64,000 nucleotides of DNA from Phycisphaeraceae bacterium (GTDB lineage Bacteria; Planctomycetota; Phycisphaerae; Phycisphaerales; Phycisphaeraceae): assembly GCA_963674705.1 (NCBI GenBank), contig OY771506.1:3936001-4000000 (forward strand). Reading direction: 5' to 3'. Below are positions 9,461 through 17,778 of the stretch, piece after piece. Numbering within the stretch: the first letter of the stretch is position 1; every line of letters starts with the position of its first letter. Under the pieces are notes generated by a model that worked only from the letters and a program-made list of their open reading frames with translations, had not been told where the DNA came from and did no database searches. Made by a program: the position numbers and the translations under genes.

Positions 9461-10312
9461 ATGGCTAAGTCACCCCCGTCACAAAACGCACAATCCCAAC
9501 CACCGGCGCAATTACCCGGCGTAGACCGAATTATCGCTGTGGGGGCCGGTAAGGGGGGCGTAGGCAAGTCCACTATTTCAGTCAATCTCGCGGTCGGACT
9601 CGCACGGGCAGGGGCAAAAGTTGGAATCCTCGACGGTGATATCTACGGCCCGAGCCTGCCGACCATGCTCGGGATCAAAGGCCAGCAACCGCGTGCAGAC
9701 TGTAATGTGCTGATCCCTTTCGATGTCCACGGCTTGGAAGCGATGACGCTCGGTGCTCTGGTCGAAGAAGAAAAACCCTTGATCTGGCGCGGCCCCATGG
9801 CCCACGGGGCGTTCCAGCAGATCGCAACCCAAACACGCTGGGATAATCTGGATTACCTGATCATCGACCTGCCGCCGGGTACGGGTGATGTGCCGTTAAC
9901 CATGAGCCAGTTGTTGCCGCTGACCGGTGCGGTCGTCGTCTGTACGCCACAGAAGGTGGCACAGGATGATGCACGGCGAGCGGTGCGAATGTTCCAGGCG
10001 CTGGGCGTCGAGGTGCTTGGCGTCGTTGAAAACATGAGCTACTTCATCGGCGACGACGGCAAGGAATACGACATCTTCGGCAAGGGCGGCGCCGAAGCGA
10101 TGGCCGCGCAGATGGGCTTGCCTTCACTCGGCGCAATCCCGATCAACATGGCTCTGCGTCACAACTGCGATGCCGGTGACCCGACCGCAAACTTCACCGC
10201 GGGCGACAAACTAACTGAAGAGTTGGAAATGTTGGTTAAGAAGTTCAGCGAGCGTGTGGAAGAGCACATCGCCTCCGGCGGCACCGAGCAGCCGACGATT
10301 ACGGTGTCCTGA
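9461..10312 (+). CDS. mrp: Mrp/NBP35 (ApbC) family P-loop ATPase
   Basis: GKGGVGKST, DGDIYGPS, IWRGPM, DLPPGTGD and ENMS motifs. Confidence 0.93.
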   Translation: MAKSPPSQNAQSQPPAQLPGVDRIIAVGAGKGGVGKSTISVNLAVGLARAGAKVGILDGDIYGPSLPTMLGIKGQQPRADCNVLIPFDVHGLEAMTLGALVEEEKPLIWRGPMAHGAFQQIATQTRWDNLDYLIIDLPPGTGDVPLTMSQLLPLTGAVVVCTPQKVAQDDARRAVRMFQALGVEVLGVVENMSYFIGDDGKEYDIFGKGGAEAMAAQMGLPSLGAIPINMALRHNCDAGDPTANFTAGDKLTEELEMLVKKFSERVEEHIASGGTEQPTITVS

Positions 10313-10334
10313 CAACGGTCATTACAAGGGATCT

Positions 10335-10402
10335 ACACAGATAAACACAGATGAAGAAATAGGCTTATTGTCCTATGCCATTCATTTGTGTTCATCTCTG
10401 TT
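10335..10402. repeat. Imperfect inverted repeat of ACACAGAT units between convergent genes
   Basis: ACACAGATAAACACAGATGAA ... TTCATTTGTGTTCATCTCTGT. Confidence 0.55.
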
Positions 10403-10428
10403 TTAAATTTCTATGTGATTCTGCAGCA

Positions 10429-10977
10429 TCACCGATTCCACGGCATCTTGGCAAGGACCACGCTCATGCCGCACCAGTCGGTGATGCCGGCGAAGATCAG
10501 GCCGCAGCCGACGAAGCCGCAGATCGCATAGAACCACGGATTGACCAGTGTACCGAGCAGCACGCCGGTTAATACGAATGCGCCAGCTCCAATACGGACC
10601 TGTCGATCCAATGGTATCACGTTCTTTTCGTGAATAATGGGCAGGCCTGCTTCTTCACAGGCTTTGGTGCCGCCCTCAACACAGATCGCGTTCACACCGG
10701 CTTTGATCAGCAGTTCACAAGCGTTCTTGGCGCGTGCTCCACTGTGGCAGATGACATACAACGGCCTGTCATTACCGTCTGGTTGGAGTTCTTGTGCTGA
10801 ATGAATACTCAACTTATCCAGCGGGAAATTCCGCGCGATGCTTACACGCTTGCCGCGGTACTCTCTGGGTGTACGGACATCGATCAGGTTAATCGAGCCG
10901 TCTTTTTCAATCTTGATTTTCAGGTCGGTTGGGGCAATCGTTTGCACCTTGGTGGGTGCGGACATCTTTGTGGTCAT
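10429..10977 (-). CDS. Rhodanese plus C-terminal DUF2892 membrane domain (YgaP-like)
   Basis: IDVRTPREY and CHSGAR catalytic loop; RQVRIGAG...GLIFAGITDWCGM...MPWN. Confidence 0.9.
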   Translation of the reverse strand: MTTKMSAPTKVQTIAPTDLKIKIEKDGSINLIDVRTPREYRGKRVSIARNFPLDKLSIHSAQELQPDGNDRPLYVICHSGARAKNACELLIKAGVNAICVEGGTKACEEAGLPIIHEKNVIPLDRQVRIGAGAFVLTGVLLGTLVNPWFYAICGFVGCGLIFAGITDWCGMSVVLAKMPWNR

Positions 10978-10982
10978 AGGTA

Positions 10983-12674
10983 CTACTTATCCTGGGTACG
11001 AAGTTGTTTGGCAGCTAGCGCGTGTACGCGCATGAACACACCGCCTGTCATATTGGAAACGTCTTTGAATCCGTGCTGCATCAGCATGCGGCAGGCAACA
11101 TACGAGCGTGGCCCGGTTGCACAGGTCACGATAGTTGGCTTGGATGGGTCCAGTTCACCGATCCGTTGACGCAGTTCATCGACCGGTATATGGATTACAC
11201 CATTGGCTTCCGGTACAGGTTTACGATTCACTTCCGGTGCGGTTCGTACATCGAGAATCTGCTTACCGTTAAGATCTGCATCCGGTGCGGCGAATTTAAC
11301 GAGGCCATCGAGTATGTTGCATGCGGTGAAGGCCGCCATATGCACCGGGTCCTTGGCTGCACCAAAAGGCGGGGCGTAGGTCAGGTCCAGGCCAGTCAGG
11401 TCACGTACGGTTGCGCCGAACTGCATCGCAGTCGCGATCACATCGATTCGTTTATCGATGCCCTCCGCGCCGACAGCCTGCGCGCCGAGCACTTTGCCTG
11501 TTCCGGGTTCAAAGATCAGTTTCAAGACCATCTGCATCGCGCCGGGGTAATAGCCGACGTGATGGTTTGCCAGAATCGTTACGCTTTCTGCCTTCTGACC
11601 GAGTCTGTCAGCCATCTTTTCGGATAAGCCTGTACTGCCAGCAGCCAGACCGAAGACACGCGCGATGGCGGTGCCTTGAACCGGAGCCCAGCTATCCGCC
11701 GAACCGCTTGCCGCGTGCTGGCCCGCCAGTCGACCGGCGCGGTTTGCCGGGCCTGCCAACGGGACGCGCATGGATCTACCCGCCGGGCCGTAAACGTACT
11801 CTGCCGCATCACCGACCGCGTAGATATCCGGATCATCGGTCTTGCCATCCGCATCAACCGCTATCCCGCCGGTCTCGCCTAGAGACAAGTCGGCATCTTT
11901 AGCAAGCTGTACATTCGGGCGAACGCCGACACCGAGAATCACGAGGTCCGTCTCAACGACCGCACCACTATTAAGAACAACAGCCTCAGCCTTGCCCTCA
12001 CTGACGCGGATATCATTGATCCCATCACCCAGATGCAGAGCGATCTTGTGGGCTTCCAGTTCTTCCTTCAAGAGGTGCGCCATCTCCGCATCCAGCGGCG
12101 GCAGCACCTGGTCGGCCAGTTCGACCAGTGTTGTCTCGATACCAAGACCATGGAACTGCTCGACCATTTCCAGGCCGATGAAGCCGGCGCCGATCACGAC
12201 CGCACGTTGGGGTTTCTGAACATCCAGGTAATCCTTGATGCGGTCCGTGCCTTCAACGTTGCGGACGGTAAACACATTAGCCGCGCCCGCCCCGCCGATG
12301 GGAGGGATGATCGGCGAGGCGCCGGGCGCGAGGATCAACTTGTCATACGCCAACTCATACGTTTCCCCGGACCGATGATTGAGCACTGTGACCACTTTCC
12401 CGGGGCGGTCGATCGCGGTGACTTCGGAGCGCGTACGCACATCGATGTTGAATCGTTCAGCGAACAACTCCGGCTTGGCGACCAGCAATTTGTCACGCTT
12501 GACGATTTCGCCGCCCAGGTAGTAGGGCAGACCGCAGTTGGCGAAGGATACGTCCCGGTCCTTCTCCAGCATGATAATCTGTGCGTTTTCATTCATGCGC
12601 CTGGCGCGGGTCGCAGCCGAGGCTCCGCCTGCGACACCGCCGACGATCACAATACGTACTACTTCACTACTCAA
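10983..12674 (-). CDS. CoA-disulfide/persulfide reductase with C-terminal rhodanese (CoADR-RHD/Npsr-like)
   Basis: GGVAGG, SFANC, GAGFIGLE, YAVGD and YAPPF motifs, then DVRT...CATGPRS; TTG start overlaps the upstream stop. Confidence 0.92.
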   Translation of the reverse strand: MSSEVVRIVIVGGVAGGASAATRARRMNENAQIIMLEKDRDVSFANCGLPYYLGGEIVKRDKLLVAKPELFAERFNIDVRTRSEVTAIDRPGKVVTVLNHRSGETYELAYDKLILAPGASPIIPPIGGAGAANVFTVRNVEGTDRIKDYLDVQKPQRAVVIGAGFIGLEMVEQFHGLGIETTLVELADQVLPPLDAEMAHLLKEELEAHKIALHLGDGINDIRVSEGKAEAVVLNSGAVVETDLVILGVGVRPNVQLAKDADLSLGETGGIAVDADGKTDDPDIYAVGDAAEYVYGPAGRSMRVPLAGPANRAGRLAGQHAASGSADSWAPVQGTAIARVFGLAAGSTGLSEKMADRLGQKAESVTILANHHVGYYPGAMQMVLKLIFEPGTGKVLGAQAVGAEGIDKRIDVIATAMQFGATVRDLTGLDLTYAPPFGAAKDPVHMAAFTACNILDGLVKFAAPDADLNGKQILDVRTAPEVNRKPVPEANGVIHIPVDELRQRIGELDPSKPTIVTCATGPRSYVACRMLMQHGFKDVSNMTGGVFMRVHALAAKQLRTQDK

Positions 12675-13276
12675 GCCGTACCTCCGGTCAATTTAGTTTC
12701 TTTGGGCGCGCTGGAGTCCGTCCGTTTGGCGCCTGATTCAAGTAAGAAAAAGATGACACCCGCAATGATAGCCAGCCCGAGGATGAACCACCAAGGCGAA
12801 ATGCCCGTTACGTCCGCAAAAGTCACCTTGCCTTGGTCCGCCACCTTCAGGAAACCATCTTTGATGTAGGGGTAGACCTCGGCATAAATCCCGGCGCCGA
12901 CAACCATTCCAAACAGGCCCGGCCAGGCATGCCGCGAACCATCACCCAGCGCCGCGACTCCCGTCCCCGGGCAGTAGCCCAGAATCGCCATACCCACGCC
13001 AAAGATCAACCCGCCCACGATGTTGGCAAGTAGCGTAGCGTTCTTGATGTGCAGGCCGGTCGGCTCAAGCATACCCAGTTGCAGCATGCCCCAGATGCCG
13101 ATCGCGCCAACGATGATGGCGGTCAGCATGGTCTTGAGCACGGTGAAGTCCTTCATCAGGAATTGCCCGATGATGACGTTGTACCGCGTCACACCACCAC
13201 GCTGTAGAAGCAGCCCGAATACCAGGCCGGTGACAAGCCCGGCAATCAACATCGAACCAGAATCAAAGCTCCACAT
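12671..13276 (-). CDS. YeeE/YedE family sulfur-compound transporter subunit
   Basis: GLVFGLLLQRGG and GGLIFGVGMAILGYCPGT; multiple TM helices. Confidence 0.9.
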   Translation of the reverse strand: MWSFDSGSMLIAGLVTGLVFGLLLQRGGVTRYNVIIGQFLMKDFTVLKTMLTAIIVGAIGIWGMLQLGMLEPTGLHIKNATLLANIVGGLIFGVGMAILGYCPGTGVAALGDGSRHAWPGLFGMVVGAGIYAEVYPYIKDGFLKVADQGKVTFADVTGISPWWFILGLAIIAGVIFFLLESGAKRTDSSAPKETKLTGGTA

Positions 13277-13859
13277 GATCGCGTCCTTTCATACCGAATA
13301 ATGCGAATGCCGTGACGACGCCCGATGCAAACATCGCAAAGAAGAAGGTCCATGAACCCACTGTTAGCTGCAGCCCGCCGGAGATGCCGTGCCCTGAAGT
13401 GCAACCGCCCGCCATACGTGCGCCGAACAGTAGCAGCACGCCACCGATAAACGCCGCGATATACCGCTTCATCTTACTGGGCCCAAACCGAGCCGCCCAG
13501 ATACTCGGCACATGCTCAACAAACTTATCCCTTGCCAGCAGCTTCGATCCAACCAACGCGCCGCCGACCAGTCCGATCACCAGCATGAACTGCCAGTCGA
13601 ACATGTTCTTCTTAGGCGGGGCAAAGTACTTGGCGTAATAAGCATTGGATTCGACATGCTCCGGCGCGACGATACCCGTCACGCAGCCGGAGATATGGGC
13701 CATGGTCGTGCTGGTACCCAGCGCTTTACCCATGCCATAGAACGTGACCCAACTGAGTACACCGATCAATGCCCCGACAAGGTAGGGGCTCCATCGTTTT
13801 CGTCCGAGTAATGTGCACGCAATCGGGCAGGATTGTTCCTGGTCTGCTTGCATTTTCAT
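13263..13859 (-). CDS. YeeE/YedE family sulfur-compound transporter subunit
   Basis: WSPYLVGALIG and FGARMAGGCTSGHGISG; overlaps the next YeeE gene. Confidence 0.9.
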   Translation of the reverse strand: MKMQADQEQSCPIACTLLGRKRWSPYLVGALIGVLSWVTFYGMGKALGTSTTMAHISGCVTGIVAPEHVESNAYYAKYFAPPKKNMFDWQFMLVIGLVGGALVGSKLLARDKFVEHVPSIWAARFGPSKMKRYIAAFIGGVLLLFGARMAGGCTSGHGISGGLQLTVGSWTFFFAMFASGVVTAFALFGMKGRDHVEL

Positions 13860-13952
13860 GCTCCGTAAGGGGTAGGGGATAGTCTTGTAGGACGATCCGA
13901 GGCAGCACGAATACTCGCCGTAGGATCGCGTTGTATATCAGCAGGCCTTGGC

Positions 13953-14264
13953 CTATTCGGCATTACACCTGTGTCTGTGGATACATTGGATCACGTTGAT
14001 CGCATTGGGATTGTCCACCCGGTAATAAGCCGTGCGTCCTTCGCGCTCGACATCGAGGATGCCATGGGCCCGCATGTGGTTCAGATGTTGACTGACCGCG
14101 CTCGGCGCAAGGTCGACCGCTTCGGCCAACTCCCCGACGCTCAGGCGTCCACCCATCAACAGCTCAACAAACTTCAGCCGATGCGGGTGCGCCAGCACAC
14201 GCAGCACGCGTGCGGATTCCTCAAGCATCTCAATATCCAACGGCGGTTTGATCGCTTGGCTCAT
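13953..14264 (-). CDS. ArsR/SmtB family repressor
   Basis: LAHPHRL, SVGELAE, SAVSQHL and REGRTAYY; heads the sulfur operon. Confidence 0.92.
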   Translation of the reverse strand: MSQAIKPPLDIEMLEESARVLRVLAHPHRLKFVELLMGGRLSVGELAEAVDLAPSAVSQHLNHMRAHGILDVEREGRTAYYRVDNPNAINVIQCIHRHRCNAE

Positions 14265-14270
14265 AGTGTC

Positions 14271-14298
14271 AATATATCAATGGATTATGATATGTCAA
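14271..14298 (-). promoter_or_regulatory. sigma70-type promoter with overlapping ATATCA-N8-TGATAT operator
   Basis: Minus strand TTGACA (14298-14293), 16 nt, TGnTATATT (-10 at 14276-14271); palindrome at 14274-14293; 6 nt separate the -10 from the ATG. Confidence 0.75.
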
Positions 14299-14345
14299 GG
14301 TGTGGATTGGGGAAATATAACAAGGAGGGGCGTATCTATATGATA

Positions 14346-14852
14346 TTACTTGGCTTGCGCAGATGTCAGATTAATAGGCTCGCCACATTCTGGGCAGGTT
14401 GCGGCATCGCTTCTACCTCGTAAGTTATAGCCACAGCTATAACAATCACCAAGCCTGGGTTTCCTGGTCAATCTAAAAGCGATGTGAGTCAGAGGTAAGG
14501 CTATGAGCAATAGCAGTAGGATCCAAGATGGAAACGTGGTTTCCCACTCATATTGATCCGCTTCCCAGTCAAAATGCCACCAACCTGATTTGTATCCATC
14601 TGCCATCGTTTCTGAAATTGGCCTGATGTAAAAGCATCCTGTTGGTATGCGTCCCAGATCGCTGTCCACAACCGTTACCAAGCCAGGTGACATTTCAAGC
14701 ATGTGGTAGCCAATCGGTGACTTGTGTATGAAAATATTCAGTTGATAGAAGTAGGACGTGACCCAAAGTGCGAAGCAAACGGCTATACATAAACTGCTAA
14801 TACATAAAGCTACTGAGCGCCCTCGGCCATGTTCCTTCAGCACCCGTCTCAT
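14346..14852 (-). CDS. Membrane protein with C-terminal CxxCGYxLxG...CPECG zinc ribbon (array member 3)
   Basis: ATG 14852 overlaps the upstream stop (ATGA); TM...WVTSY, loop, FPSWI TM, then CYSCGYNLRG...CPECG. Confidence 0.8.
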   Translation of the reverse strand: MRRVLKEHGRGRSVALCISSLCIAVCFALWVTSYFYQLNIFIHKSPIGYHMLEMSPGLVTVVDSDLGRIPTGCFYIRPISETMADGYKSGWWHFDWEADQYEWETTFPSWILLLLLIALPLTHIAFRLTRKPRLGDCYSCGYNLRGRSDAATCPECGEPINLTSAQAK

Positions 14853-15330
14853 ATCACTTCCCCGCACTCCGGGCAGGTTGTAGACTCTTTGCTGCCACGC
14901 AGGTCGTAGCCGCATTCGTTGCAACAGCCAGTATTAATTGTATATGACCGTCTGTAAAGCAAAGCAAAAATCGGCCAGATACTTGATACCACCACGAAAA
15001 TCCACAGCGGAATAACATTGATCAAAACCCCGCCCGCATCTATGAAATCAAACCATCCGAAGACTCTTGATGGCGTAAGCCCTGCGATACTGAAGTGGAA
15101 GTGCATGCTCTTGTATGTCTCTCCGGCATTCGCAAAAACAACACACAGTTGCCCATGATTTAATTCAATCGCGATGCCCGGATAGTAGATCACGGTGTAC
15201 GAAACCAGAGATAACAGCCATATCCCGTGAACGAATACTGCAAACAGTGACGTTATGATGAGAACGCACCGAAAGACCGATCCGGTACTTCTCGGCTGAT
15301 ATCTCATATCACCTCGCCACACTCCGGGCA
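14847..15330 (-). repeat. Two 29-bp direct repeats at gene junctions (14847-14875 and 15302-15330)
   Basis: TGCCCGGAGTG(T/C)GG(C/G)GA(G/A)GTGATATGAGA, 26/29 identical; a degenerate third copy lies at 14379-14396. Confidence 0.85.
14849..15307 (-). CDS. Membrane protein with C-terminal zinc ribbon (array member 2)
   Basis: ATG 15307 overlaps the upstream stop (ATGA); TM...WLLS, loop, IPLWI TM, then CNECGYDLRG...CPECGEVI. Confidence 0.8.
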   Translation of the reverse strand: MRYQPRSTGSVFRCVLIITSLFAVFVHGIWLLSLVSYTVIYYPGIAIELNHGQLCVVFANAGETYKSMHFHFSIAGLTPSRVFGWFDFIDAGGVLINVIPLWIFVVVSSIWPIFALLYRRSYTINTGCCNECGYDLRGSKESTTCPECGEVI

Positions 15331-15630
15331 CTCCAGCTTCGACAAGCCCTTGAGGATATAGCCGCACTGCCTGCAGCGGCATTCGCGATCGTACTTCGGC
15401 CGCAGTATGAATATGAATGCGAGCACGCTCGTCGCACAGGTCAGGGCGGTCATGGGGATGCCGATCAGGCCTATTCTTATCAACTGCATCCACCAGAATC
15501 CCGGAGGCAGAGGGGCGTTCGCGACCTTGAGTTGGATAAACATAAGCAGATTACTGAACGCGACGCCCACCACCGTGCCGCATGCCACCGCGATCAGGAA
15601 CCGGCCGACGCCGCGTCTGGTTATCTGCAT
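15304..15630 (-). CDS. Two-TM protein with C-terminal zinc ribbon (array member 1)
   Basis: GGAG RBS; two TM helices; CRQCGYILKG...CPECGEVI. Confidence 0.8.
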   Translation of the reverse strand: MQITRRGVGRFLIAVACGTVVGVAFSNLLMFIQLKVANAPLPPGFWWMQLIRIGLIGIPMTALTCATSVLAFIFILRPKYDRECRCRQCGYILKGLSKLECPECGEVI

Positions 15631-15764
15631 GTCGCTCCAATCAACAGGAATAGATCATATCGTCTGCCTAAGACATACCCGGATGCCCATACGTAGCCTC
15701 CGGCATGAGGTTCATCATGATTCCGGCGATTCAAGCCGTCAAGATATGTGGTCCAGACCACCCA

Positions 15765-15794
15765 TTGCATACCCCCGGGCCAATCGCCTATACT
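15765..15794 (+). promoter_or_regulatory. Putative sigma70 promoter of tRNA-Cys
   Basis: TTGCAT-N18-TATACT, ending 13 nt before the tRNA. Confidence 0.55.
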
Positions 15795-15807
15795 TTCCTA
15801 ATTGGCC

Positions 15808-15891
15808 GGCCGCGTGCCCGAGTGGACTAAGGGGGCTGATTGCAAATCAGCTAGGCTTCGCCTGTCGTGGGTTCGAATCCCACCGCGGCCT
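15808..15891 (+). tRNA. tRNA-Cys(GCA), 84 nt, long variable arm, CCA not encoded
   Basis: Acceptor GGCCGCG/CGCGGCC plus U73; anticodon arm GCTGA-TTGCAAA-TCAGC; 15-nt variable region with an AGGC/GCCT stem; T arm GTGGG-TTCGAAT-CCCAC. Confidence 0.95.
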
Positions 15892-15895
15892 TTTC

Positions 15896-15923
15896 GACCC
15901 GCTTTCATAGCGGGTCTTTTTTT
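15896..15923 (+). terminator. Intrinsic terminator after the tRNA
   Basis: GACCCGCT-TTCAT-AGCGGGTC followed by a T-run. Confidence 0.9.
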
Positions 15924-15932
15924 GTCGTGTGT

Positions 15933-17528
15933 CTACTCGCCCGCCAGCCTCATGAGTTCGGTTTCGACCGCGTCAAACATGTAGCCGATCATCAGGGCCC
16001 GGCGGTTCGGGCGGATCATGCCGGCGTAGACATCTTCATATTCGGCGTGCAGTGCCTGCATGTCTTTCAGGATGGCGTTGACTCGGTTGCGATCTGCCTC
16101 GGGAGAGTAGCCATCCGTACGGCTTTGCAGGATCACCTCGACTGCCTGGGCGCGGTTAATGAGGTTGCGTGCCGCCAATTCCCAAAGCCTGAGTACCTCA
16201 TCACCTTTCGTCGTGTCCTGGCGAAGCGTCCGGAATAGTTCAAGGCTTTGCGTATAGTCCTGGGCACACTTCTGCGCCCGCATGATTTCGATGTCTAATC
16301 TGTCTGCCTCGATCATTTTTACGATGGCATTTTCGATATGGTCCTTACTGACAGGCAAGCAGGCCTTATCGTATCCGAGCGAGCGCGAATTGCTGAATTG
16401 GCAAAGGCCGGCCAGCCCATCGGCGGCTTTCCAGAATCGGTCGTCCTGTAAGCCATAGGCATCATTCACATACCACGCTCGGAAGTCGCTCAATGACTTG
16501 CCGGGGTTGCGCGACTGGTAGCCGAAGGCGGCGATCTGGGCGTGCTGCAATTCCCAGGGATGCAGGTGCATAGACCAGCTTGTCAGCACCGAGCCGCTTA
16601 ACCCGGGAGTCTGCATGCCTTTTTCGGCTGAGTCCCATGCGTTCCACAGGTGCAGTTCATGACGTGGTGCAAAGACATTGTCGCCGAAGCTGCTCGACCC
16701 GGGGCAGGTGACGGTGGCAAATCCCTTGTCAGCCAGGAAGTCAGCCGAGTAGAACGTCTCGGGGTCGACACCCGGCGCGTCGCCGTTGGGGAACAGGTAC
16801 TTGCCGAAGAGTTCCAGGGTTTCAGGGTTGAGTTGATCCCGCGTGCGTAAGCCGCGGTCGTCGCCCCAAATAAACACCTTGCCGTTGCCTCGCCAGATGT
16901 CGTACATCCAGTCGAACAGCATGATGTCCCGCGACAGTTCATCGATCGCCTCGTGGTGGTGCAGCACCATGTCTGCCCAGATGATCGGCGTGACGCCTCG
17001 CTCAAGCAATGGCTCTGAGACCGCGTTGATGTGCCGCATGAATATCTGCGACACGTTCAGGCCTTCCTTGTTCCATTCGCTTTGCTGGATGAAGTCGAGC
17101 TCCCGTGCTTCGTCGGCGCCGATATGAAAGTACTTGACATCCCCAAACAGGTCCATGTACTCGGCGATCCAGGCGTGGATAAGCGGGACCACCTCCGGGT
17201 GGAACGGGTTGTACTGCGAGGTATTCTCCGGATTGGCACGCAGGTGCTTGTATTTGTCGTATTGAAGCAGGTATTCGACATGCCCCAGCGTCTGGAGCAG
17301 CGGGATGTGTTCAAGCCCGAGCCCACGCGCATGTTCCAGAACCTCACGGAATTCTTCTTTGCTTAACGCATCGGGCTGGCTCGCTTCTGGTGCGGTCTCC
17401 CATACGACACTGTCCTCCATCTCCCAGACGATCGTGTTGTAGCCCATGCCCGCGAGTTCGGTCAGCCAGGCCTTGAGGTAGTCGGCCTTGTATAAGGCCA
17501 TGTTCATGTCGATGTGGAAACCAATCAT
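15933..17528 (-). CDS. GH20 family beta-N-acetylhexosaminidase-like protein (no signal peptide)
   Basis: GFHID, IPLLQTLGHVE, FHIGADEA (catalytic DE pair) and IWADM motifs. Confidence 0.85.
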   Translation of the reverse strand: MIGFHIDMNMALYKADYLKAWLTELAGMGYNTIVWEMEDSVVWETAPEASQPDALSKEEFREVLEHARGLGLEHIPLLQTLGHVEYLLQYDKYKHLRANPENTSQYNPFHPEVVPLIHAWIAEYMDLFGDVKYFHIGADEARELDFIQQSEWNKEGLNVSQIFMRHINAVSEPLLERGVTPIIWADMVLHHHEAIDELSRDIMLFDWMYDIWRGNGKVFIWGDDRGLRTRDQLNPETLELFGKYLFPNGDAPGVDPETFYSADFLADKGFATVTCPGSSSFGDNVFAPRHELHLWNAWDSAEKGMQTPGLSGSVLTSWSMHLHPWELQHAQIAAFGYQSRNPGKSLSDFRAWYVNDAYGLQDDRFWKAADGLAGLCQFSNSRSLGYDKACLPVSKDHIENAIVKMIEADRLDIEIMRAQKCAQDYTQSLELFRTLRQDTTKGDEVLRLWELAARNLINRAQAVEVILQSRTDGYSPEADRNRVNAILKDMQALHAEYEDVYAGMIRPNRRALMIGYMFDAVETELMRLAGE

Positions 17529-17778
17529 GTGTTACTCCGATGTACCTTCAGCCCCAGCTTTGTAGTCGTCACTGCACGCAACAGTACCAATGCGGCAGAT
17601 GACTTGCATTGGGACTTGAACCAATCTTAATGGTAGTCGAAATGCCTAGCGAACATCAGGTACTAGAGAACGAGGGCATTTGGCTATTCACTCACCCCAA
17701 TAAAAGACTTAACCCCCACGCCAGTAACGAACGTGAGGGCTAAGTGCGTACCACGCAAAGTTAAATAGGCCTCGTCGG

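Noticed and set aside
14346..15630. Integron cassette array
   Set aside because: The junctions are coding and overlapping, with no attC-like palindromes or intergenic space, and no integrase is nearby.
15808..15891. tRNA-Sec or selC-like identity for the long-arm tRNA
   Set aside because: The anticodon is GCA, the fold is a canonical 7/5 acceptor/T arrangement and the discriminator is U.
10429..15891. tRNA-anchored genomic island
   Set aside because: The accessory genes are on the 5' side of the tRNA; I saw no integrase and no duplicated tRNA 3' end.
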